NCBI GenBank assembly: GCA_963761305.1
Contig: CAVXGK010000001.1
Span: 128,001 to 192,000, forward strand
Direction: 5' to 3'
Source: an uncultured Gemmatimonadaceae bacterium
GTDB taxonomy: Bacteria > Gemmatimonadota > Gemmatimonadetes > Gemmatimonadales > Gemmatimonadaceae
Length of the DNA stretch: 64,000 nucleotides
In this document: positions 27,403 to 37,097 of the stretch, piece by piece
Layout: each line of letters begins with the position of its first letter
Numbering within the stretch: position 1 is the stretch's first letter
Made by a program: the position numbers and the translations under genes
The notes under the pieces: model-generated
Told to the model about the DNA's origin: nothing
Seen by the model: only the letters and a program-made list of their open reading frames with translations
Database searches by the model: none

Positions 27403-27597
27403 GGTGGACCGGTAGACCGGTGGACCGGTGGGCCGGAACACGACGCGTTGAGGCGAACGGCGTGGCACGTTGCCACGCCGTTCGCGTTCAGATGATCGAA
27501 CTCGTTCTACCCTTCTCGAGAACGGCCGTTATCCTACCAATGGCAGGGGTGTCGGGGGTCTACCTGTCTACCCGTCCACCCGTCCACCCGTCCACCC
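27403..27597. repeat. Inverted pair of 8-bp tandem arrays: (GGTGGACC)x4 at 27403-34 and (GTCCACCC)x5 at 27558-97
   Basis: Read directly from the sequence. The arrays are near reverse complements and enclose a perfect 15-bp hairpin. Confidence 0.9.
27453..27485 (+). terminator. Strong hairpin downstream of rplI (terminator or processing site)
   Basis: GCGAACGGCGTGGCA-cgt-TGCCACGCCGTTCGC; the U-tract is weak. Confidence 0.6.
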
Positions 27598-27623
27598 GAA
27601 AACGGAGCGTCGACCGGACCTTC

Positions 27624-27995
27624 ATGCCAGTAACTTCGTCAACCCTTGGCTCGCTCGCGGCAGCGCAGCGCGCGGCGCAGATCGCCATCGACAGCAAAGC
27701 GCGGGATGTAGTTCTTCTGGATTTACGCGGCCTCACCGACATGACGGATTTCTTTTTGATCGCGAGCGGAACCTCGGACACGCACGTGCGGTCTCTCGGT
27801 GAGCACCTGATGGCGGGGCTGAAGAAGGAGGGCTGGCCGGCCCATCACGTCGAAGGATTGGAGAAGGGACGGTGGGTGCTGCTGGACTTCGTCGACATCG
27901 TGGCGCACGTGTTCCATCCGACGTTGCGAAACTTCTATCAACTCGAGCGCTTGTGGGCCGACGCCGAGCAAATTCCGCTGGAGACGGGCGCCTAG
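27624..27995 (+). CDS. rsfS: Ribosome silencing factor
   Basis: KARDVVLLDL, DFFLIASGTSDTHV, WVLLDFVDIVAHVF, RNFYQLERLW. Confidence 0.96.
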   Translation: MPVTSSTLGSLAAAQRAAQIAIDSKARDVVLLDLRGLTDMTDFFLIASGTSDTHVRSLGEHLMAGLKKEGWPAHHVEGLEKGRWVLLDFVDIVAHVFHPTLRNFYQLERLWADAEQIPLETGA

Positions 27996-28018
27996 CGCGC
28001 ACCGTTGGTGATGGCACG

Positions 28019-31000
28019 ATGGCGCGCCGGATCCTGGCGGGGCTCGGCCTCGCACTAGGCGCACTAGGCGCGCTGTGCGGCGCCGCCGGCGCGGCGCACG
28101 CCCAGAACTACTTCGGCCAGAATCAAGTCCAGTACGACAACTTCAAGTGGCTGGTTCTGGATACCGAACACTTCCAGATCTACTACTACCCCGAGGAGCG
28201 CCAGGCGACGTGGGACGCCGCGCGCATGGCGGAGCGCGCGTACGCGCGCTTGTCGCGCGTGCTGGATCATCAGTTCCGCGAGAAGAAGCCCATCATGCTC
28301 TTCTCGTCGCGCGCCGACTTCGGGCAGAACAACGTCACCGGCGATCTCGGCGAAGGCACCGGCGGCGTCACCGAAGCGACACGGCACCGCATGCTGGTGA
28401 ACTTCACCGGCGACTATCGCAGCTTCGAGCACGTCCTCACGCACGAGATGGTGCACGCCTTCCAGTACGACATCTTCGCGCACGGCAAGGCGGGCAACGG
28501 GCTCGAGTCGCTGTCTCAGGTGTCGCCGCCGGCCTGGTTCATGGAGGGCATGGCGGAGTATTTGTCGCTGGGCCCCAACAGCACGATCACCAACGTGTGG
28601 ATGCGCGACGCGTCGCTCTTCGGCAAGCTGCCGACGATCAAGGAAATGAGCGACGACCCGGACAAGTATTTCCCGTATCGCTTCGGCCAGTCGCTGTGGG
28701 CCTTCGTCGGCCAGAAGTTCGGCGACGAGACGATCGGTCAGATCATGAACTCCGTGCCGACGGTCGGCATCGAGCGCGCGTTCATCCGCGAGCTCGGCGT
28801 GAACCTCGACGATCTCGGCGACCAGTGGCGCGAAGACGTCCAGACGCGAATGCTCCCGTCGATCGGCGTGACCGACCGGCCGCGAAAATTCGCGACGGCG
28901 TTGCTCAACAAGAAAATGAGCGACGGCGACATCTTCCTCGCGCCGACCCTGTCGCCCGACGGCCACACGATCGCGTTCCTCTCGAACGGCAAGGTGCGGC
29001 GCGGCGAGGTGTTCATCGACCTGTGGCTGGGCGACGCCGAAACAGGCAAGCGCACGGCGCATCTCATCCGCAGCGAGTACGACCCGAACTTCGAGGAGCT
29101 GCGATTCCTCTACTCGCAGTGCGCGTTCTCGCCCGACGGGCAGCAACTGGCGTTCACCGCGCAACGGCGCGGCAAGGACGTCCTCTACGTGCTGGACATC
29201 CGATCGCGAAAGACGCGCCGGTTCAACCTCGCGCTCGAATCGGTGGCCGGGCCCACCTGGTCGCCGGACGGATCGCGGATCGCGTTCAGCGGCGGGACCG
29301 GCGGTATCACGGATCTCTACGTGGTCAACCGCGACGGCACGGGATTCCGACGGCTCACCAACGACCGGTTCGGCGATTTTCAGCCGCAGTGGTCGCCCGA
29401 CGGCCGCACCATCGCGTTCGCGACCGATCGCGATTCGGCGAGCTTCGCGCTGCTGCGGTTCAATCCCTGGCGCATCGCGCTGCTCGACGTCGCATCCGGC
29501 GCGATCAGCGTCGTGCCGGGGCAAGCCGGGTTGAACCTCAATCCACAGTGGGCGCCCGACGGACGGTCGATCGCGTACGTCTCCGATCGGAACGGGACGC
29601 CGAACATCTTCCTCTACGACCTCGACGCCCGCCTGCATTACCAACTGACGAGCGTCACCGGGGCGGTACAGGCCGTGACGGAGTTCAGTCCGGCGATCAC
29701 GTGGGCGCGTGAGGCCGACCGGCTCGCGTTCACCTATTTCGAGAACGGCGAGTACACGGTGTGGTCGGTCGCCAACCCGCGCGGGCTGCGAAAGGCGCCG
29801 TATCGCGATCTGCAGCAACTCGCGTTCGCGAATGCCTCACAGGCGTCGATCGCGCCGCCGACGACGCCCGACGACAGCCTCACGCGCTCGGTATCGCTCG
29901 TCGCGCTGCTCGATTCCTCGGAGCTCGGGCTGCCGGATACGACGCGCTTCCACGTCGCGCCCTACCGCGTGCGGCTCACGCCCGACTTCTCGGCGCGGCC
30001 GACGATCGCCTACTCGCCCGATGCTGTCGGCGGCCGCACTGTGTTCGGCGGCACGACGCTCGTGATGAGCGACATGCTCGGCAACAATCATTTGGCGGTG
30101 GCAGGAGAGATCAACGGCCGCATTCGCGAAGCCGCCGCGCTGCTGGGCTACACGAACCTCGGCCATCGCTGGCAGTTCACGACGGCGCTGTCGCAGCAGC
30201 CGTACTACTTCCTGTCGGCCGACTCGCTCGCCAACACGCTCGATCCGGACGTCGCCAAGGAAAACCAGCAGATCACGACCTACGTCGCGCGCCAGGCGTT
30301 CGCCGTCACGGCGTACCCGCTCGATCGGTTCACGCGCATCGAGTTCGGCGCCGGGTTCAACAACATCGACCGCACGCGCGACTTCATCACGCGGCAGGTC
30401 ACCGACGGCGTCGTCGCCGGCGGCTACTCGATGGACAGCACGCACCGCGACCCGTCGCTCAACTACATCGACGGCCAGGTGGCGCTCGTCTCGGACAACA
30501 CGCTGTTCGGCTACACCGGCCCGGTGATGGGACGGCGTTTCCGTCTCCAGGTGAGTCCCGTGACCGGCGCGTACCACTGGGTCGAGTATCTCGCCGACTA
30601 TCGCCGCTACGATCCGGTCATCTTCAACTATCTCACGCTGGCGACGCGCGCCTACGCCGACCTGTCGGTTGGAAAAGACGAAACAGCGTTTGAGAAATAC
30701 ATCGCCCGGCCGGACTTCGTGCGCGGGTACGACCGCAACAGCACCTTCTACCTCTCCTGCCCCGTCGTTGGCGCGAACCCGACCAACTGCAGCGCCGTCC
30801 AGCTGCTCGGCAGCCGAGTCGCGGTGGCGAACGCGGAGCTCCGGTTCCCGCTCATTCGGCGGCTCGAGTTGGGGTTCCTCCCTGGCGCGCTCCCGCCCCT
30901 CGATGGACTTTTCTTCTACGACGCCGGTCTCGCATGGTCGCACGGCCAATCAGTTTCGCTTTCGCAGCCGGCAGGCTACGATGTGAGCAAGGATCGGATT

Positions 31001-31135
31001 CCGCTCCGCAGCTACGGGTTCGGCCTGCGACTCAACCTGTTCAACTACGCCATTCTGCGGTGGGACTACGCGATTCCAGTGAATCAGGAAGGACACAAAG
31101 GGCTCTGGACGTGGTCACTGTGGCCGAGCTTCTGA
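28019..31135 (+). CDS. Outer-membrane protein: gluzincin peptidase domain + PD40/TolB-like propeller + Omp85-type barrel
   Basis: Signal peptide, FGQNQVQY, THEMVH...WFMEGMAEY, repeated P.WSPDG..IAF, VRGYD, NAELRFP, SYGFGLR, C-terminal Phe. Confidence 0.85.
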   Translation: MARRILAGLGLALGALGALCGAAGAAHAQNYFGQNQVQYDNFKWLVLDTEHFQIYYYPEERQATWDAARMAERAYARLSRVLDHQFREKKPIMLFSSRADFGQNNVTGDLGEGTGGVTEATRHRMLVNFTGDYRSFEHVLTHEMVHAFQYDIFAHGKAGNGLESLSQVSPPAWFMEGMAEYLSLGPNSTITNVWMRDASLFGKLPTIKEMSDDPDKYFPYRFGQSLWAFVGQKFGDETIGQIMNSVPTVGIERAFIRELGVNLDDLGDQWREDVQTRMLPSIGVTDRPRKFATALLNKKMSDGDIFLAPTLSPDGHTIAFLSNGKVRRGEVFIDLWLGDAETGKRTAHLIRSEYDPNFEELRFLYSQCAFSPDGQQLAFTAQRRGKDVLYVLDIRSRKTRRFNLALESVAGPTWSPDGSRIAFSGGTGGITDLYVVNRDGTGFRRLTNDRFGDFQPQWSPDGRTIAFATDRDSASFALLRFNPWRIALLDVASGAISVVPGQAGLNLNPQWAPDGRSIAYVSDRNGTPNIFLYDLDARLHYQLTSVTGAVQAVTEFSPAITWAREADRLAFTYFENGEYTVWSVANPRGLRKAPYRDLQQLAFANASQASIAPPTTPDDSLTRSVSLVALLDSSELGLPDTTRFHVAPYRVRLTPDFSARPTIAYSPDAVGGRTVFGGTTLVMSDMLGNNHLAVAGEINGRIREAAALLGYTNLGHRWQFTTALSQQPYYFLSADSLANTLDPDVAKENQQITTYVARQAFAVTAYPLDRFTRIEFGAGFNNIDRTRDFITRQVTDGVVAGGYSMDSTHRDPSLNYIDGQVALVSDNTLFGYTGPVMGRRFRLQVSPVTGAYHWVEYLADYRRYDPVIFNYLTLATRAYADLSVGKDETAFEKYIARPDFVRGYDRNSTFYLSCPVVGANPTNCSAVQLLGSRVAVANAELRFPLIRRLELGFLPGALPPLDGLFFYDAGLAWSHGQSVSLSQPAGYDVSKDRIPLRSYGFGLRLNLFNYAILRWDYAIPVNQEGHKGLWTWSLWPSF

Positions 31136-31181
31136 CGGCCCCGCACGTTCCACGCGCGCTCACTCCGCCTCCACGGCGGAC

Positions 31182-32510
31182 ATGACGGCGTCGGCGACAG
31201 AGCGCGGATTCGACTGGGAAGCCGCCGGGCGGGGTCTCGGCGAGTCGCTCAACCTCCACCACTCGATCGTGGTCGTCGGCCACGACGCGGAGCACGCCGG
31301 CCAGATCGCGCTCGGGATCGGGCTCGCGCAGTCGGCGCATCGTCGCGTGTCGATCGGCGACCTGTTCGCCGACTCGCCGCCGCTCAAGCGGCTCGTCGTC
31401 GACGACGACGCGCACGGACTCATCGAGGCCATCTCGTACGGGATCTCGCTGTCGCGCGTCGCGCGCGCGGTGTCCGGGTCGTCGCGGCTGTTCGTGATGC
31501 CGAGCGGCGCCGAGCCGCCCGACTACGAGGAGCTGTTCTCGAGCCCGCGGTGGGCCCGCGTCGCCGAGGAATTCCGCAAGGCCGACGCGCTGCTAATTCT
31601 TGTTGCACCGGCGACGGCGCGCGGGATCGCCGAGCTCGTGGCGTCGACCGACGGCGTGGTGGTCGTCGGAGACGCAATGCCGGAGGGCGTGCCCGCGTCG
31701 TCCGTCGTGGCGCTGCTGCGCGAAACGAAACCGGCCGCGCCAGCCGCGCCTCGGGAGCAGCGGGCGCCGCGTCTCGCGCCCGTCTCGCGGCGATCGTTCC
31801 GCGTCACGTCGATGCCCGGCCTGGCGTTGGTCGCGCTGATCGTGGTGCTCGTGGGATGGCTGGCCTACCGCCCACTCGCCGGCGGTCCGGCACGGCTCGG
31901 GCCCAAACCGGACACCGTGAATCGTCGCGCGATCCCTGCGCCGATCGCCGTGCAGCCCGCGAATGCCCCGGCCGACGGCGTGGACACGGCCGCCATCGAT
32001 ACGCCGTTCCTCGTGTTGAATCCGGCCGACTCCGCGGCGGCCGCCGCGTGGAGCGTCGAATTGATATCTGCAAATACGCAATCCGGCGCTATTTTAAAGC
32101 TGCAACAAGACGGCAAGAATGTCCCCACGGAAACCTTCTCGCCGGCGAAGGTGCAGGGTGCGACCTGGTACAAGGTGATCAGCGGCGCGTACGACGGGCG
32201 GACGACAGCCGATTCGCTCCTTCGCGCACTGCGGCAACGCAAGGTCCTTGACCGGTCGAGCGGCACCGTCGTGCGACTGCCGTTTGCGTTCTTGATCGAT
32301 TCGGGTTTACCACCGGCCGCCGTTCCTGGAATGGTCTCGATGTGGGGGTTCAGGGGGCAGCCGGCGTACGCGCTCAAACAGGAAAACGGCTCGGCGTGGC
32401 TGCTGGTGGGCGCGTACGAGTCGGTGAGCCAGTCCGCGTTGGCCGTGTCCTCACTTCGCGCGTCGGGAATCAAGCCGCTCCTCGTCTACCGAAAAGGGAG
32501 ATCCTTCTAG
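31182..32510 (+). CDS. Bitopic membrane protein: degenerate MinD/CpsD-like N-domain, one TM helix, SPOR-like C-domain
   Basis: RVSIGDLFADSPPL, LFVMPSG, TM GLALVALIVVLVGWLAY, WSVEL...WYKVISGAY...ADSL. Confidence 0.6.
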   Translation: MTASATERGFDWEAAGRGLGESLNLHHSIVVVGHDAEHAGQIALGIGLAQSAHRRVSIGDLFADSPPLKRLVVDDDAHGLIEAISYGISLSRVARAVSGSSRLFVMPSGAEPPDYEELFSSPRWARVAEEFRKADALLILVAPATARGIAELVASTDGVVVVGDAMPEGVPASSVVALLRETKPAAPAAPREQRAPRLAPVSRRSFRVTSMPGLALVALIVVLVGWLAYRPLAGGPARLGPKPDTVNRRAIPAPIAVQPANAPADGVDTAAIDTPFLVLNPADSAAAAAWSVELISANTQSGAILKLQQDGKNVPTETFSPAKVQGATWYKVISGAYDGRTTADSLLRALRQRKVLDRSSGTVVRLPFAFLIDSGLPPAAVPGMVSMWGFRGQPAYALKQENGSAWLLVGAYESVSQSALAVSSLRASGIKPLLVYRKGRSF

Positions 32511-35500
32511 TGCGACTCACCAAACTCGAGTTGCAGGGCTTCAAGTCGTTCGCCGACACGACCGAGATGCAGTTCGATACCGGTGTGACGGCGATCGTCG
32601 GGCCGAACGGGTGCGGCAAGTCGAACGTGTCGGACGCGGTACGGTGGGTGCTCGGTGAACAGCGCGCGCGATTGCTGCGCGGCGCGAAGATGGAAGAAGT
32701 CATCTTTCAGGGATCGACGGCGCGGCGCGCGGTCAACGTCGCCGAGGTCTCGCTCCACTTCTCGAACGAGGACGGCACGCTGCCGGTCGCGTTCCAGGAA
32801 GTGGTGATCACGCGGCGCCTCTCGCGATCGGGCGAGAGTGACTACTTCCTCAATCGCACCCCCTGCCGTCTTCGCGACATCTCGGATCTGCTGCGCGGCA
32901 CGGGCCTGGGCGCCGACACCGGCGTCGTCATCGAGAGCAAGATGATCGACGCGCTCTTGTCCGATCGCCCGGACGATCGCCGCGAGCTGTTCGAAGAAGC
33001 GGCGGGCGTCGGGCTCTATCGCGACCGCCGCCGGACCGCCGAGCGCCGGCTCGAGGAGACGACCGTCGACCTGCAGCGGCTCGACGACTTGATCAACGAA
33101 GTCCAGAGCCAGGTCCGTTCGCTCGCCCGCCAACGACGCCGCGCCGAGCGGCACTCGGAGCTGAACGCCCGCCGTTTCACGGTGGAGCTGGCGTTGGCCA
33201 AACGCGAAATGGAAGCGTGGCACGACGAGTTGGCGCGCCTGAGTGAGAGCGTCCAGTCGCTGCGCGCGGGCGCACCCGACGCCGACGCCGCCGTCGAGGC
33301 GGCGGAACAAGCGCGCGACGCGGCGCACGGCAATCGTTCCGCGACCGAGGCGCAGCGCACCGAGCTGCTCCGCCTCGTGTCCAGCCAGCGCGAGCAGGTC
33401 CTCCAGATTCGCGCCGAGATGAAGGTCGCCGAAGAACGGCAGCGCAATTCTCTGGCGCGTCGCCAGCGCGCCGAGACGGAGGCGACCGAAGGCGCCGTGC
33501 ACGGCACTCGGCTCACGTCCGACATCGAGTCGGCGGCGTCGGAGCGCACGCGTCACGAGGAAGTGCTCACCGCCGCGCGCCAAACGCTGTCCGAGCGCCA
33601 ACAGCGCGAGGACGAAGCGCGGCAGTTGGTCGCCCGCAGCCGCGCGACGCTCGAGGACGTCGAGCGCGCGCACCGCGAGCTGCAGGATCGCTCGCGACGT
33701 GTGGACATCGACCGCGAACGCGCGCGGCAGGAAAGCGAAGAGCTCGTGCAGCGCCTCGAGCAATTGTCGGAGGAGCGCTCGCAGCTCGCCGACACGCTGT
33801 CCGGCGTGGCCCGTGAGATCGAAGACGCGTCGGTGGTGCTCGAGGGCGCGCGACGCAACGCCGCCGATGCGGTGACGACGCTGGAGGGCGCGCGCGCCAA
33901 CGATCGCGACGCCCGCCAGCGCGAAGGCGAGGCCCGCGCGGACTTGTTCCGCGCCGACGAGACGCACACGTCCATCCAGGGACGCGTCAACGCGCTCGAC
34001 TCGCTCGAGCGCGAGCGCGTGGGACTGGCGCCGGCGACGGCCCGTCTCCTCCGCGAACGCGAGCGATTCGGCGAAGCGGCGGTGCTCGGCCCGCTGAGCG
34101 ATTTCATCAACGCCGACGAGCCGTCCGCGCTACTGGTCGAGCGCTTCCTCGGCGCCACGGTGCACGCGGTCGTCGTGCGCGACATGGCCGTCGCCGAAGC
34201 CGTGCGCGCGTGGCACGCCACGGCGAACCCGGGTCCGTTGCTCCTCCTTCCGCTCGACGCGATCCCCGACGCGCTCGTCGCCGACGAGCGGCCCGACGCG
34301 CTCTCGCATCGCGTCGATTCCTCGGGTCCCGTGCGCGCGTGGGTGCGCGGACTGCTGGGCCACGCGAGGCCGGTCGACGACGGGGCCGCATTCATCGACA
34401 TGCGCGGAGCCGTGTGGCTCCCCGGATTGGTCGGCGGTCCGGGACCGCTGCGACGCCGCGCCGAGCTCTTCGCGCTGCGCGCCGAGCTCACCGTCACGGA
34501 GAAGGCTCGCGCCGCCGCGATTGTCGCCGCCGACGCGACGCGCGCCGCCGCGCAGGAGTCGGAGAAGGCCGCGATCGAAGCGTCGGCCGCGCTCGAAGCG
34601 GCACAGGTGGAGGCGCGTCGCGCCGCCGAACATCACGGAGAGCTCGAGCGTCGCCGTCAGCGAATCGAACGCGAAGTCGGCGACGCCGACGCGCTGGCGA
34701 TTCGCCTCACGCAGCGACGCGACCAGCTCACCGATCAAGCAGCGCGCTTGGACGCCGAGGCGCTCGCCGTGTCGCGCACGGTGCTCGAGTCGGGCGAGTC
34801 GGGGACGCGGGCGCGCGACGCGCTCGCCGCCGCCGAACACGCGTACGAAGAGAGCCGCGAAGCGCGCACCGCGGCGCAGATCGACGTCGGTCAATGCCAG
34901 GCGCGGCTTCAGGTCGCGCACGACCGAGAACACCGGCTCACGGAAGAACAGCGCACGGCGGCCAGTCGTCTCGCCGCGTTGCGCGCCGAGCTGTCCGAGC
35001 TGGCGCAGTCCGACGCCCATCTCGCCGAACAAATGGCGACGTGGCAGCTCGACCTCGAGACGCGCGACGCGACCCTCGCCGACGGCGAGCGGCGGCTGGT
35101 GCTGGCCGAAGACGGCGTGCACGCGGCCGACGAGGCGCTCACGACGGCGGAACACGCCCTCGACGACGCTCGCCGGCGCGCGCAGACGCACCACGACGAG
35201 ATGCATCAGGCCGAGCTGCGGCACACGGAGCTCGGCGGCCGTCGGACGGCGATTCGCGAGCGGCTCGAGGCCGAGTGGCGTCGTCCGCTCGACGACATGC
35301 TGAACGAGGTCCAACCGCTGGAGACCGACGACGAGACGCTCCGCGCCGAAGCCGAGTCGCTGCGGCAGGAGATCGAGAAGCTGGGACCGGTCAACGTGCT
35401 GGCGATCGAAGAGCATGACGAAACGGTCAAGCGGCAGGACTTCCTCACCAGCCAGCGCACCGATCTCTCCGACGCGAAGGCGGCGCTGCAACAGGCCATT

Positions 35501-36043
35501 CGCGAGATCGACGTGACCGCGCGCGATCTGTTCCTCACCACGTTCGCCGCGGTGCGCGACAACTTCCGGCAGATCTTCATGTCGCTGTTCGGCGGCGGCG
35601 AGTGCGATCTGCGTCTCGAGAATCCGGACGCGCCGCTCGACTGCGACATCGAAATCCACGCGTCGCCGCGCGGCAAGCGCACGCAGCGCATCCACCTGCT
35701 GTCGAGCGGCGAGCGCGCGCTCGTCGCGCTGTCGCTGCTCTTCGGCATCTTCCTCACCAAGCCGAGTCCGTTCTGTCTCCTCGACGAAGTGGACGCGCCG
35801 CTCGACGACGCCAACGTCGGGCGGTTCGTGAAGATGCTCACGCAGTTCAAGTCGCGCACGCAGTTCATCGTCATCACGCACAACCCGCGCACCACGACCG
35901 AAGCCGCCGACGCCGTGTATGGCGTGACGATGCAGGAACCGGGCGTCTCGTCGCTGGTCAGCGTCCGCATGCGCGGCGCGACGTCGGTCGACGAAGTCCT
36001 GGCCCCGCGACCCGCCGACGGCGCCGTGGCCGCGCAGGTGTGA
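32510..36043 (+). CDS. smc: Chromosome segregation protein SMC
   Basis: GFKSFAD, IVGPNGCGKSN, coiled coils with a hinge, LGPVNVLA, LLSSGE, FCLLDEVDAPLD, IVITH. Confidence 0.97.
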   Translation: MRLTKLELQGFKSFADTTEMQFDTGVTAIVGPNGCGKSNVSDAVRWVLGEQRARLLRGAKMEEVIFQGSTARRAVNVAEVSLHFSNEDGTLPVAFQEVVITRRLSRSGESDYFLNRTPCRLRDISDLLRGTGLGADTGVVIESKMIDALLSDRPDDRRELFEEAAGVGLYRDRRRTAERRLEETTVDLQRLDDLINEVQSQVRSLARQRRRAERHSELNARRFTVELALAKREMEAWHDELARLSESVQSLRAGAPDADAAVEAAEQARDAAHGNRSATEAQRTELLRLVSSQREQVLQIRAEMKVAEERQRNSLARRQRAETEATEGAVHGTRLTSDIESAASERTRHEEVLTAARQTLSERQQREDEARQLVARSRATLEDVERAHRELQDRSRRVDIDRERARQESEELVQRLEQLSEERSQLADTLSGVAREIEDASVVLEGARRNAADAVTTLEGARANDRDARQREGEARADLFRADETHTSIQGRVNALDSLERERVGLAPATARLLRERERFGEAAVLGPLSDFINADEPSALLVERFLGATVHAVVVRDMAVAEAVRAWHATANPGPLLLLPLDAIPDALVADERPDALSHRVDSSGPVRAWVRGLLGHARPVDDGAAFIDMRGAVWLPGLVGGPGPLRRRAELFALRAELTVTEKARAAAIVAADATRAAAQESEKAAIEASAALEAAQVEARRAAEHHGELERRRQRIEREVGDADALAIRLTQRRDQLTDQAARLDAEALAVSRTVLESGESGTRARDALAAAEHAYEESREARTAAQIDVGQCQARLQVAHDREHRLTEEQRTAASRLAALRAELSELAQSDAHLAEQMATWQLDLETRDATLADGERRLVLAEDGVHAADEALTTAEHALDDARRRAQTHHDEMHQAELRHTELGGRRTAIRERLEAEWRRPLDDMLNEVQPLETDDETLRAEAESLRQEIEKLGPVNVLAIEEHDETVKRQDFLTSQRTDLSDAKAALQQAIREIDVTARDLFLTTFAAVRDNFRQIFMSLFGGGECDLRLENPDAPLDCDIEIHASPRGKRTQRIHLLSSGERALVALSLLFGIFLTKPSPFCLLDEVDAPLDDANVGRFVKMLTQFKSRTQFIVITHNPRTTTEAADAVYGVTMQEPGVSSLVSVRMRGATSVDEVLAPRPADGAVAAQV

Positions 36044-36067
36044 CCGACTGCGCGTGATGGACGCGGC

Positions 36068-37096
36068 ATGATGGCACGGCGCCGCTACGCGGCGTTCGCG
36101 CTGGTCGTCGGATTGATGGCGGGCGTGACGAGTCGCGGCATTGCGCAAGCGGTGTCGGTGTCGATCGCCGTCTTCAACGACAGCATCTCGCCGGCACCGC
36201 AGATCCTCGTGCAGGGCACGCCCGGCCCGCCGTCGCTCGGACCCTACAGTATCACGCTCGAGGTCGCGCTCGAGCCGCTGTTCCGTGCGCCGATCGCCGT
36301 CCGCTCGTCGTCGGACCTCAGCGCGTCGTTTCAGGTCGACTCACTGTTGCCCGAGCACGCCATCGTCTTCTTCCGCGGGCGCATCTTCGACCGGCTCGGC
36401 AACGTCCAGCAGCAGGTCGTTTCGTTTCCCGTCCGCAGTTGGCTCAGGCTGATCAGTCCGACGCGGAGCGTGAACGACGTGCTCTTCACGCGCCAACCCA
36501 CCTTCTCGTGGAGCAGCCCGCCGGTCACGCTGCCGCCGGGACCGTGGACCTACCTGATCACCATCACCAACACGGCCAACCTCGAGGCCAGACAATTCAC
36601 GGTGAACGACACGACGTTCGTGCCCCCGACGCCGCTCGAGGCGTGCACGTCGTACCGCTGGAGCGTGCACGCGCAGATGGTGAACGGCCCCGCCGCGGAC
36701 CAGACGACGGCCGGCAGCCCCGGGACGTTCGTCATCCAGACGTCGGAGTGTCCGACGGCGACATTCTTCTATCAGAATTTTCCAAATCCGTTCGGCCACG
36801 GCCTTCAGGCGAACACGTGTTTCTGGTTCGACCTTGCGCATCGATCCAACGTGTCGCTCACCATCTACGACCTGCGCGGCCGGCGCGTGCGCGCGATCGT
36901 GCCCGGCCTCCTGCCGGCGCAGCTCGATTCCGGAGCGTACGGGCGGCAGAGCGGCACCGAAGGGGGATGCGACACCCGCCTCCAATGGGACGCCCGCGAT
37001 GCGAACGGCCGGCCCGTGCCGCCGGGCGCGTACATCGCCGTCTTCACGGCCGACGGCCTCCGGTCGACGATCAAGATTCTGTACCGGGGCCAGTGA
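36068..37096 (+). CDS. Secreted protein with C-terminal FlgD-Ig/T9SS-CTD-like domain
   Basis: Signal peptide, Fn3-like region, QNFPNPF, VSLTIYDLRGRRVR, WDARDANGRPVPPGAY. Confidence 0.75.
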   Translation: MMARRRYAAFALVVGLMAGVTSRGIAQAVSVSIAVFNDSISPAPQILVQGTPGPPSLGPYSITLEVALEPLFRAPIAVRSSSDLSASFQVDSLLPEHAIVFFRGRIFDRLGNVQQQVVSFPVRSWLRLISPTRSVNDVLFTRQPTFSWSSPPVTLPPGPWTYLITITNTANLEARQFTVNDTTFVPPTPLEACTSYRWSVHAQMVNGPAADQTTAGSPGTFVIQTSECPTATFFYQNFPNPFGHGLQANTCFWFDLAHRSNVSLTIYDLRGRRVRAIVPGLLPAQLDSGAYGRQSGTEGGCDTRLQWDARDANGRPVPPGAYIAVFTADGLRSTIKILYRGQ

Positions 37097-37097
37097 G

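Noticed and set aside
28012..28027. Sigma-54 promoters at other TGGCAC sites (28012, 27463, 36072)
   Set aside because: No GC at the required -12 spacing.
32510..36043. Wadjet/MksBEF or other defence SMC
   Set aside because: Canonical hinge-containing SMC motifs, with no jetA/B/D-like neighbours.
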